From Planctomycetia bacterium (GTDB taxonomy: Bacteria > Planctomycetota > Planctomycetia > Pirellulales > PALSA-1355), in NCBI GenBank assembly GCA_016200205.1, contig JACQFF010000088.1:1-61360 (forward strand): a stretch of DNA of 61,360 nucleotides, read 5' to 3'. Both the position numbers and the translations under genes were made by a program. This document shows, one piece after another, positions 47,907-56,586 of this stretch. Position 1 is the stretch's first letter, and every line of letters begins with the position of its first letter. Under the pieces are notes generated by a model. The model had not been told where the DNA came from, made no database searches, and worked only from the letters and a program-made list of their open reading frames with translations.

Positions 47907-48317
47907 TCAGTTCCGCCGCAATTGAGCCGGCCGGCGGAAAACGGCGGCGGCCCCAAGAAACAGCGCGCTGCCGACGAGCGCCCCGGCGACGTCGGCGGTC
48001 CAGTCGAAGACATCGCATTCGCGGCCCACGGGAATTTGCGTAATTTCGTCGACGGCCCCGAACACCGCCAGCAAGCCCAAGATGGCGATCCGTTGCCGCC
48101 AGCCCAGGGCTTGTCGCAGGAACCAATTCAGCGAGACCAGAAACGCCAGGCCCGCATAGGCGGCCAGATGCAGCGATTTATCCGAAGGGCCGGACATGAT
48201 CACTTCCGGCGGATTTGGAATGTGCGTGCCGACCACCAGCGCCAGACTATAGCCAGCCAACAGCACCAGAGCCGCTTTGTTTCGCCGCTTCGTCCGGTCG
48301 ATTTCCATCATCGTCAT
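47907..48317 (-). CDS. VanZ-family membrane protein
   Basis: DKSLHLAAY, DEITQ...GR...D...D motifs; TM helices. Confidence 0.85.
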   Translation of the reverse strand: MTMMEIDRTKRRNKAALVLLAGYSLALVVGTHIPNPPEVIMSGPSDKSLHLAAYAGLAFLVSLNWFLRQALGWRQRIAILGLLAVFGAVDEITQIPVGRECDVFDWTADVAGALVGSALFLGAAAVFRRPAQLRRN

Positions 48318-48510
48318 CTTGGCTTGCAACTTCGAATTCGACCCGCTTTTGCCGGGCTAGCGCCGCGGAAGCGTCCCCCTTCGAGTGCGCTGAAAGATCG
48401 CGTGAGAAATGTTATATATAAAGGTATAGAAAGTGGACCGTTCCGTCAGCCCCAATTCGTCGCGTGGCGGCGGGTCCGTTCCGGTTTAACCCGCTCCTTA
48501 CGGAATCGTC

Positions 48511-49293
48511 ATGAAACAAAGCGCACTGAGCATGGCCGAGATGGCCCAATGGAACGAAACGGGTTACCTATCCGTGCCCCAGCTCTTCGATGAGAAAGAA
48601 ATGGAGATTCTGCTCAAGTACGCCAAAGCAGACCAGGCACTGATCGCCGGCGCGGCGGGGCGCAAGGACGCGACGGGCCAAATCACGAAGCTGACCCTGT
48701 GGAATCATGCCGGCGACGACCTGTACGGCATGTTTTCGCGCTCGCCCCGGATCGTCGACCGCATGGAACAACTGCTGGGCGGAGAAGTCTATCACTACCA
48801 CACCAAAATGATGCTCAAAGAGCCTTTCGTTGGCGGCGCGTGGGAATGGCACCAGGATTACGGCTATTGGTATTACAACGGCTGCCTGTTTCCGTATTTG
48901 GCAAGTTGTTTGATCGCCGTCGATCGGGCCACGAAACAAAACGGTTGTTTGCAAGTGCTCAAGGGATCGCATCTGATGGGCCGCATCGAGCATGGCAAAA
49001 CGGGCGATCAAACGGGGGCCGATCTCGAGATGGTCGAAGCGGCCCTGGCGCGGATGGAATTGGTCCATATCGAGGCCCAGCCGGGCGATGCGCTGTTTTT
49101 TCATTGCAATCTGCTGCACCGCTCGGATCAGAACCGTTCGCCCGACCCGCGCTGGTCGCTGATTTGCTGTTACAACGCGGCCCGCAACAATCCGTTTAAA
49201 GAGTCGCGTCATCCGCGCTACTCGCCGCTGGCGAAGGTAAGCGATTCGGCCATCAAACAGTGGAAACAGCCGCAAGCCACGCTCACCACATGA
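48511..49293 (+). CDS. Phytanoyl-CoA dioxygenase (PhyH) family Fe(II)/2OG enzyme
   Basis: [31 protein letters not shown]. Confidence 0.9.
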   Translation: MKQSALSMAEMAQWNETGYLSVPQLFDEKEMEILLKYAKADQALIAGAAGRKDATGQITKLTLWNHAGDDLYGMFSRSPRIVDRMEQLLGGEVYHYHTKMMLKEPFVGGAWEWHQDYGYWYYNGCLFPYLASCLIAVDRATKQNGCLQVLKGSHLMGRIEHGKTGDQTGADLEMVEAALARMELVHIEAQPGDALFFHCNLLHRSDQNRSPDPRWSLICCYNAARNNPFKESRHPRYSPLAKVSDSAIKQWKQPQATLTT

Positions 49294-49300
49294 GCCGAAC

Positions 49301-50125
49301 ATGAAGCTGGGACTCATCAATTCCGCCTGGGTGCAGGCTCAACAACCGACCGTCTTTGGCTTGCAAAAGACCAAGGAGATAGGCTTCGACAGCGTCGATA
49401 TTTTCGTCGATCCCTTGGACCTCGACGTGCGCGAGCGGCGGCTGATCAAGGACGAGTGCGACCGGCTGAGTTTGCCGATCGTTTCGCTCCCGTGTGTCGC
49501 CGTGGGCTTGATCGATTTCAATTCCAGCGTGCGGGCCTTCCACATCCAGCGCGCGATGGCCTATCTCGACCTGGCCTATGAATACGAGGCCAAAAACGTG
49601 TTGCTCGTGATCGGAGAATACATCTGGAACCGTGAGGTGATTGCTCCCCAGGAGCAGTGGCAGTTGGGAGTCAACGCGGTCCGGGCGCTGGGCCAGCGGG
49701 CCGGGGAATTGGATTTGGAAATCGTGCTCGAATTGGAGCCGTTTCCACTCTCGCTCGTCAACACGGTCGATACGATGGTCCGATTCTTGAATGAGGTCGA
49801 ACTTTCGAACGTGAAGGCGAACCTCGATATTTCGCATTTGGTCCTGTCGCACGTGCCAGCCGGCGAAATTCGCCGCTTGAAGGGACGCGTCGGGCACGTC
49901 CACCTTTCCGATTGCGATGGCCGGGTCCACGGCGATTTGCCGCCCGGCCGAGGCGTCGTGCCGTTCGAGCAGTACTTGCGCGAAATCAAGGATTTGGCGC
50001 TGGGCAACCGCGCGATCTCGATCGAGTTGGAATACTCGCCCCAGCCGGAGAAAATTGTCGAGTGGGTTGAAGAGGCCTATCGCGAAACCAACAAGCTGCT
50101 GCAAAAGCTGGCGCTGCGAGATTGA
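49301..50125 (+). CDS. Sugar phosphate isomerase/epimerase (xylose-isomerase-like TIM barrel)
   Basis: [30 protein letters not shown] metal ligands. Confidence 0.85.
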   Translation: MKLGLINSAWVQAQQPTVFGLQKTKEIGFDSVDIFVDPLDLDVRERRLIKDECDRLSLPIVSLPCVAVGLIDFNSSVRAFHIQRAMAYLDLAYEYEAKNVLLVIGEYIWNREVIAPQEQWQLGVNAVRALGQRAGELDLEIVLELEPFPLSLVNTVDTMVRFLNEVELSNVKANLDISHLVLSHVPAGEIRRLKGRVGHVHLSDCDGRVHGDLPPGRGVVPFEQYLREIKDLALGNRAISIELEYSPQPEKIVEWVEEAYRETNKLLQKLALRD

Positions 50126-50136
50126 GGAAATTCCGC

Positions 50137-50595
50137 GTGCACGAGAATTTCATGCGGCTGGCGTTGCGAGAGGCCGAAGGGGCACTTTCGGAAAACGAGG
50201 TGCCGGTCGGCGCGGTGATCGTGCACAACGAGCGGCTGATTGCCTCGGCGCACAACCAGCGCGAGCAATTGCGCGACCCGACGGCCCACGCCGAGATGAT
50301 CGCCATTACTCAGGCCGCCGAAGCCTTGGGTAGCTGGCGGCTGGAAGACTGCACGTTGTACGTTACCTTGGAGCCGTGCCCGATGTGCGCCGGCGCGATC
50401 TTGCAGGCGCGAATTCCAACCGTCGTGTATGGAGCCGCCGATCCCAAGGGCGGGGCCGTGCACACGCTCTATCAACTCTTGAGCGATCCTCGACTCAACC
50501 ACCGCGTGCAAATCGTCAGCGGAGTGCTCGTTAGCCCCTGTGGTGAGATTCTCACGCGTTTTTTTCAGAGCCAACGCCGATTGGGAAAGAAGTAG
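50137..50595 (+). CDS. tadA: tRNA adenosine(34) deaminase
   Basis: [28 protein letters not shown]; start 50122-50152. Confidence 0.92.
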   Translation: MHENFMRLALREAEGALSENEVPVGAVIVHNERLIASAHNQREQLRDPTAHAEMIAITQAAEALGSWRLEDCTLYVTLEPCPMCAGAILQARIPTVVYGAADPKGGAVHTLYQLLSDPRLNHRVQIVSGVLVSPCGEILTRFFQSQRRLGKK

Positions 50596-50753
50596 GGGGT
50601 CGGATTTGGGCGTTAGCGTTAACGCTAATCCCTCCTCTACCCCCTCAATCCCCAAGGCCCAACCCCGATCCGCTAGCTCCAGCGGCGGGCGTGCCGTATG
50701 ATCGAGTTTTATGAAATCCGCGTCGGTCTTCGCACGTTAAGGGCGCCTGGTTC

Positions 50754-52895
50754 ATGGTTCACAGACGATTCCCCTGCCGGTTGTGCCTGGCGGTGCTATT
50801 GATCGTACTAACCGGCGCGCGATTTGCTCGGGCCGGCGGCGGGCCTGAAAACGTGTTCGTCGTGGTCAATGCCGCCAGTTGGGCTTCGCAGGCCGTCGCC
50901 AACCATTTCATCCAATTGCGTCAGATCCCGCCGGTCAACGTGTTCTACATCAACTGGACCGGCGGCTTCGAGAGCATCGAGGGCGAAACGCTCCGCAAAA
51001 ATATCCTCGTGCCGGCCCTGGATGCAATCGACAAGCGCGGCCTGCTCAACCAAATCGACTACATCGTCTACTCGAGCGATTTCCCGTATTCGATCGATTT
51101 CAACAGAGATTTCGTCGGCGCTCGATTTCCCGAGCAGATTCCGCCGGAATGTTCGCTGAACTCGGCCACGTATTTGTGGAACCTGGTGCTGGCGAAGAAT
51201 CCAATCCTGGTGGATCTGCATATCAACCACTACATGCGCTCGTTCACGAATCGCAAGACGTCCGCGCCGACGCACGGTTTTCATAGCTGGTACGGCTGGG
51301 GAAACCAGGGCGAGCTGATCGAAGCGGGGGGGCAGCCCTACATGCTTTCCACCGTGCTGGCCATCACCAGCGGCCGCGGCAATTCGGTGCGCGAGGCGAT
51401 CGCCTATTTGCGCTCCAGCGCCTCGGCCGATGGCACGTTCCCCAAAGGCACGATCTATTTCGACAGCACGGACAATGTGCGAACTCAAAAACGGGCCTAT
51501 CACTTCGCCACGGCCATCGATGACCTGAAGAAACTCGCCGTCGCCGGCGAGGTGGTGAGAGCCGATGTGCCGACGGGCCGCGACGATGTGATGGGCGCCA
51601 TGACCGGCGTGCAGGAAATCTTCTGGGGCCGAACGCGCAACAAGATTCTGTCGGGCGCGATTTGCGAAAACTTCACCAGTTTCGGCGGCAAAATGGTCGA
51701 AGGGAGCTCTCAAACTCCGCTCTCGGAGTTTTTACGCTACGGAGCTGCCGCCTCGAGCGGCACCATCAACGAACCGTTCGCGCTCGCCGAAAAGTTTCCC
51801 ACCGCTGACATTCACGTCCACTACGCGCGCGGCTGCTCGCTGGCCGAGGCCTATTACCAATCGGTATTCGACCCGGCCCAACTCCTGATCGTCGGCGATC
51901 CACTCTGCCGGCCCTGGGCCAATATCCCCAAGGTGTATATCAGGGGGGTCAAGCCGAACGCCAAAATCTCCGGCACGCTGACCATCAAGCCCTCGGGTAA
52001 GTTTCCCAAGCCATCGAAAATCGAGCGCTTCGAACTATTCGTCGACGGCCGGCGCGCGGCGGCGGCCAAGGATGGCGAAAGCTTGGAATGGGATTCGACG
52101 GGCGAAGTTGACGGATATCACGAGTTGCGCGTGGTGGGGGTTGAAGAGGGACCGATCGAGACCCAAGGTCGCACCGTTTTTCCGGTATTCGTCGACAACC
52201 ACGGCCGCAGCGCTCAGATGAGCATCCTTCCCGAAAAAACGGTCCGCTGGGGTGAAACTTTGAAAGTGCATGTCAAAGCGCCCGAAATGGCGGAGATTTA
52301 TCTTCTGCACAACGGCCGCCTGCTGGCCAAGATCGACGGCGAAGAGGGTGACGTCAACTTGAACCCCCAAGTGTTCGGCACCGGCCCGGTTACGCTTCAC
52401 GCCGTCGGCATCGTCCCCAGCAACCCCCGCGACCGCGTAATAGCGGCTCCCGTTCAACTGGTGGTCGAAGCCGGCAAGCCGCTCGCGCCGCTGAAGGATG
52501 TACCCGATAAGCTGGCGCCGGGCCTGGTGCTCAAGCTCCCGGATAACAAAGTCGTGCCGGTGCAAGAGACGCTCGACCCCAACTGGCTCACTTCGGCGGG
52601 CCTCGAATCCGACCAGCCGTTTCTGCTGCAAGGCTATTTCGAGATCCCGACCGACGATGTCTACCAGTTTCAAGTTTGGCACGATGGCGACGTGAAGTTG
52701 AGCGTCAACGGCAGCGTGCTCTACGACGTCAAGCACGGGAACCAGTCGCAACGATTCATTGCCATCGCCTTGGCCGCGGGCCAGCACCGGCTAACCGTTA
52801 GCGGCCGCACGGGCAACGATGCCAAGCTGCGAATTCTCTTCGGCGGCCCCGGTGCCTTGAGCTTGAGCGGCAAGGATTTCCGCCACGCCCGGTAG
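50754..52895 (+). CDS. Secreted TIGR03790-like protein with C-terminal Ig-like/PA14-like domains
   Basis: Signal peptide, GGGPENVFVVVN...NHFIQLRQIP, ENFTSFGG, GTINEP, LAEAYY, VGDPL. Confidence 0.7.
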   Translation: MVHRRFPCRLCLAVLLIVLTGARFARAGGGPENVFVVVNAASWASQAVANHFIQLRQIPPVNVFYINWTGGFESIEGETLRKNILVPALDAIDKRGLLNQIDYIVYSSDFPYSIDFNRDFVGARFPEQIPPECSLNSATYLWNLVLAKNPILVDLHINHYMRSFTNRKTSAPTHGFHSWYGWGNQGELIEAGGQPYMLSTVLAITSGRGNSVREAIAYLRSSASADGTFPKGTIYFDSTDNVRTQKRAYHFATAIDDLKKLAVAGEVVRADVPTGRDDVMGAMTGVQEIFWGRTRNKILSGAICENFTSFGGKMVEGSSQTPLSEFLRYGAAASSGTINEPFALAEKFPTADIHVHYARGCSLAEAYYQSVFDPAQLLIVGDPLCRPWANIPKVYIRGVKPNAKISGTLTIKPSGKFPKPSKIERFELFVDGRRAAAAKDGESLEWDSTGEVDGYHELRVVGVEEGPIETQGRTVFPVFVDNHGRSAQMSILPEKTVRWGETLKVHVKAPEMAEIYLLHNGRLLAKIDGEEGDVNLNPQVFGTGPVTLHAVGIVPSNPRDRVIAAPVQLVVEAGKPLAPLKDVPDKLAPGLVLKLPDNKVVPVQETLDPNWLTSAGLESDQPFLLQGYFEIPTDDVYQFQVWHDGDVKLSVNGSVLYDVKHGNQSQRFIAIALAAGQHRLTVSGRTGNDAKLRILFGGPGALSLSGKDFRHAR

Positions 52896-52935
52896 GGTGG
52901 GATTTACAACGCCCAAGCAAAGACCGGCAGATTGC

Positions 52936-53115
52936 AGCCGCAGCGCGGCGAGCGGCATTAGCCAGGGGCGCAGCCCCTGGAACCTGGGCGAGGCGCGCGA
53001 TCAAAGCCCCAACGGGGCGCGCTTCAGAGCGCCCCGTTGGGGCTCATGAATCGTCGTTGGTGACCGCAAACCAGGGGCGTTGCCCCTGGCTATCGCAGGT
53101 TGGGCCTTCGGCCCA
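52936..53115. repeat. Composite palindromic REP-like repeat
   Basis: TAGCCAGGGGCGCAGCCCCTGG / CCAGGGGCGTTGCCCCTGGCTA and AGCCCCAACGGGGCGC / GCGCCCCGTTGGGGCT nested inverted pairs. Confidence 0.75.
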
Positions 53116-53193
53116 GAAAAGGGCAGGGGGATTGTCGGATTCTCCCGCTTTGCCGGAACTTTTCGCTGGCAAATGCGCGGCGCCGGCCGCGCG

Positions 53194-53231
53194 CAACAAA
53201 AACGCCCCGCGGAGATTGTCTTCGCGGGGCG
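53194..53231 (-). terminator. Rho-independent terminator of the DUF1559 gene
   Basis: Minus strand CGCCCCGCGAAGA-caa-TCTCCGCGGGGCG followed by TTTTTGTTG, about 30 nt after the stop. Confidence 0.7.
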
Positions 53232-53259
53232 CTTGAGATTCTTTCTGGACTTGGATCGA

Positions 53260-54471
53260 TTAATACTCGGCTTCGTTGAGGGTGTAGTTCCAAGCCTGCG
53301 TGGTTGCTGTTTGAGTGGTCTGCGAACCCGGGGGCGACAGAACGACTGCCTTGCCTCTGGGCGTCATGAGCTGGGTATAAACATGATACGGAATATCTTC
53401 GGAGATGAACCGCAGATGCGCATCGCAAAAGATCGTGTTCACGCCGCCGGGGTGCTGCGACGACGGCCGCGAAGAAGCTAAACCGCCTTGGATCGGCTTC
53501 GCGTTTAACGAATACGCTATCGGAATCGGGTTTGTAAGCGTTTTTGAGAGAGCGTTAATTTTTGCCGACGCCGGATTGTAGTTAGTGGTGCTTGTCGTCT
53601 GCTCTAAGTTGTTTAGATTGCCGGTGACGAACCACACGAACCCAGTTTGCTGTCGGAGTTGGAAGTCGCTTTGGAAAGGCGAGAATCCGGCAATGGTGTC
53701 GTCAACTATCGGATCGGTCGCCCAATTCGTGGCTTGCAAATTCTCCGATAGCATCAGCGTCATTGAAGTGCCGTCGTTCGTGCTGATGAAATCCATCGTG
53801 GGCCTCGGACCAGGACTTGCATAGAATCCGGACCCGTTTGCTGGATTCCGGTTCGCTCCGCTCATCCAGTCGGCGCGGGCTTGATTGAAAAAGACGCCGC
53901 TGTTGATGTCTTCGCTCCAGGTCAGTGCTGCCGGATTCACCGGCGGCGTAAAATCATGGGCGGTCTTTGCCGAACCCGTGTTGACGATGAACGAAAGCGG
54001 GTTTCCCTGGGTATCGGAATTCGGGTTGCTCGGACAGATCAGTGTGTTCATATAGGTGTACGCCCATGGATTTTGGACGCCACCTCCCGGATTTTGTGGA
54101 GCGCCAGGTAACTGTGCACTTAGTTGAGTGCCACTAACGACCTGTAGCGGGAACGTGGGCGTACCGGGAGCGTTGTTCTGCCAAAGCTGATAAATATCAT
54201 TGCGCTCCATGTAGGGCAGTAACGGCACGATGAATGACGCCCGTTTGTTGTTGACGATATTGGCGTAGCCGGGGAATCCGCGCTTGTTGCCTTCGAAGTT
54301 GAGCATCGCGAGTCCCAACTGATGCAGGTTGTTGGCGCAGGTGTTGCGGCGGCCGGCTTCGCGAGCGCTTTGAACGGCCGGCAGCAACAGGGACATCAAC
54401 ATCCCGATGATCGTGATTACCACCAGCAGTTCAACAAGCGTAAAGCCCCTGGCCTTTTTTGCAGCAGCCAT
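53260..54471 (-). CDS. DUF1559 prepilin-type N-terminal cleavage domain protein
   Basis: [47 protein letters not shown]; GAGGAGG RBS. Confidence 0.92.
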   Translation of the reverse strand: MAAAKKARGFTLVELLVVITIIGMLMSLLLPAVQSAREAGRRNTCANNLHQLGLAMLNFEGNKRGFPGYANIVNNKRASFIVPLLPYMERNDIYQLWQNNAPGTPTFPLQVVSGTQLSAQLPGAPQNPGGGVQNPWAYTYMNTLICPSNPNSDTQGNPLSFIVNTGSAKTAHDFTPPVNPAALTWSEDINSGVFFNQARADWMSGANRNPANGSGFYASPGPRPTMDFISTNDGTSMTLMLSENLQATNWATDPIVDDTIAGFSPFQSDFQLRQQTGFVWFVTGNLNNLEQTTSTTNYNPASAKINALSKTLTNPIPIAYSLNAKPIQGGLASSRPSSQHPGGVNTIFCDAHLRFISEDIPYHVYTQLMTPRGKAVVLSPPGSQTTQTATTQAWNYTLNEAEY

Positions 54472-54737
54472 CGCCGTCCTCCTCTGAGTTTGATCTCTAA
54501 AACCCCTTCCCTTGCCCGCATTTATTGTCGCCGATGGGTCGCAATCAGTCCAGTCTTTTTTGCCGAAAGTGCCCCTGTAGCACGGCCAATCGGGCAGTTT
54601 TTCGGCGTTCCGACGGCCTGCAGGCTAGCTGTGCGACCTTTTACGCCCCCAGCGATGCGCGTTCGCGGCAGTCCGCCGGCCGGCTACCGCGGGTTGTCCG
54701 CGGACTGCTGCTGATCAGTTACGCCAATCCAGGATCA

Positions 54738-54831
54738 TCCGCAGATGACGCGGATGTTCGCAGTTCAACAGAAAAGGATTGAGCGATCATTTCCGCGGCC
54801 TTCGTCTCCTGTGTCTGCGTTCGTCCGCGGA
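54738..54831. repeat. Degenerate CCGCAGAT-type palindromic repeat
   Basis: ATCCGCAGATGACGCGGAT ... TCTGCGTTCGTCCGCGG imperfect inverted arms. Confidence 0.4.
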
Positions 54832-55198
54832 TTCCGGTTCCGACGCATTTACGTCAGCGCCGATCGATCCGCGACTCGGTGTGAAAGCACGAGCGATTAT
54901 TGAGTTAACCACAATCGACGGTTGCGATTACGCCGTGTAGATGCACGCATAAACCTGGATTGATATTTGACAATGGCCGCTCGCTTCGTTAGTATCAGCG
55001 AGAGCTTGCTGCTCATCGTGGTGACGAGTTCCCGGAAGAGCGAACGGTCACGTGCATCAGGCTCCACCAAGTAGTTGGCCACCAAAACGTCCCGCCCACT
55101 TGTTTGCATGTTGTTCCTGCCGCGCTTGAAGCGTCATTCGCAATGGGTTTACCCGACAACGGGATTTATCGCGGCCTAGAAACTTAGGGAGATCTCGT

Positions 55199-56506
55199 AT
55201 GCGTTTGCACACAAATCAACCGAACCGCCGTGGCTTTTTGGCTGTGGGAGCCCTGACCGGAATGGGGCTTACTTTGGCCGAGTTTTTCCAGCTCCAACAA
55301 GCCCAAGCCGAGCAAAAGAACTACGATTTCATCGAGGCCAAGGCCAAAAGCGTGATCCACATCTTTTTGCCGGGAGGGATTGCCCATCAGGAGACCTTCG
55401 ATCCCAAGCCGTACGCCCCGATCGAATATCGTGGCGAGCTGGGCACGACCGCGACAAAAATCCCCGGCGAGGTGTTTTCCGAGACATTGCCGCAGACCGC
55501 CCAAATGGCCGACAAGATCACGGTCGTCCGCTCGATGTCGCACGGCGAGGCGGCCCACGAGCGTGGGACGCACAACATGTTCACCGGCTACCGCCCCAGT
55601 CCGGCCTTGATCTTTCCCAGCATGGGCAGCGTGGTCAGCCACGAGTACGGCCCGCGCAACAATCTGCCGCCGTACGTCTGCATTCCCAACCAGCCCAATG
55701 AGTTTGCCGGCACCGGCTATTTGAGCTCTTCCTTCGGCCCGTTCAGCTTGGGCTCCGATCCGGCCGCGCAAGGGTTTACGGTTCGCGATTTAAACTTGCC
55801 GGGCGGGATCGACGTGACCCGCTTCGAGCGGCGCCGCTCGGCTCTGGAAGCGGTCAACGACTATTTTGCCAAAAAAGAAAAGTCCGACACGCTATCGGCG
55901 ATGAACACGTTCTACGATCGGGCCTACAGCTTGATCAGCTCGCAGCAAGCTCGCGAGGCGTTCAACATTGCCGCCGAGCCGGAAGCGACTCGCAACGAAT
56001 ATGGGCGCAACGAGGCCGGTCAACGGATGCTGATGGCCCGCCGGCTGGTCGCGGCCGGAGTGCGTTTCGTGTCGCTCACCTACGGCGGCTGGGACATGCA
56101 CGTCAACATTACGGCCGGGATGCGAGGCAGTATGCCGGCTTTTGATCAGGCGTTCGCCACGCTGATTCGCGATCTCGATCGCACCGGCCTGTTGAACGAC
56201 ACCCTGGTGATGGTTTCCAGCGAATTCGGCCGCACGCCGAAGATCAACGGCACCGCGGGCCGCGATCACTGGCCCAAGGTGTTCAGCGTCGTGCTGGCCG
56301 GCGGCGGCATCAAGCGCGGCTCGATTTTCGGGGCCTCGAATCCCGTGGCCTCGGAGCCGGAGAAGGACGAAATCGGTCCGGCCGATCTGGCCACGACCAT
56401 CTACTACCAATTGGGCATCATCGCCGACAAGGAACTGATGGCTCCCGGCAATCGGCCCATCGAAATCGTCGACGGTGGCAAAGTCCGCAAGGAGCTGCTC
56501 GCCTAA
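55199..56506 (+). CDS. DUF1501 family protein
   Basis: Tat-like NRRGFL, LPGG...ETFDPKP, GWDMH, EFGRTP, GRDHW. Confidence 0.92.
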   Translation: MRLHTNQPNRRGFLAVGALTGMGLTLAEFFQLQQAQAEQKNYDFIEAKAKSVIHIFLPGGIAHQETFDPKPYAPIEYRGELGTTATKIPGEVFSETLPQTAQMADKITVVRSMSHGEAAHERGTHNMFTGYRPSPALIFPSMGSVVSHEYGPRNNLPPYVCIPNQPNEFAGTGYLSSSFGPFSLGSDPAAQGFTVRDLNLPGGIDVTRFERRRSALEAVNDYFAKKEKSDTLSAMNTFYDRAYSLISSQQAREAFNIAAEPEATRNEYGRNEAGQRMLMARRLVAAGVRFVSLTYGGWDMHVNITAGMRGSMPAFDQAFATLIRDLDRTGLLNDTLVMVSSEFGRTPKINGTAGRDHWPKVFSVVLAGGGIKRGSIFGASNPVASEPEKDEIGPADLATTIYYQLGIIADKELMAPGNRPIEIVDGGKVRKELLA

Positions 56507-56586
56507 ACCGCGCGTGGTTGCAGACGGCGCTCGATTTGTCGGCGCTCTCGCGATTACGCGCTTGGCCCTGATTTCCCGAGGTTGCG

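Noticed and set aside
54480-55190. Riboswitch or ncRNA in the divergent DUF1559/DUF1501 spacer
   Set aside because: Only an isolated GCAGTCCGC/GCGGACTGC stem (~54668-54708); no riboswitch consensus recognised. An Rfam scan would decide
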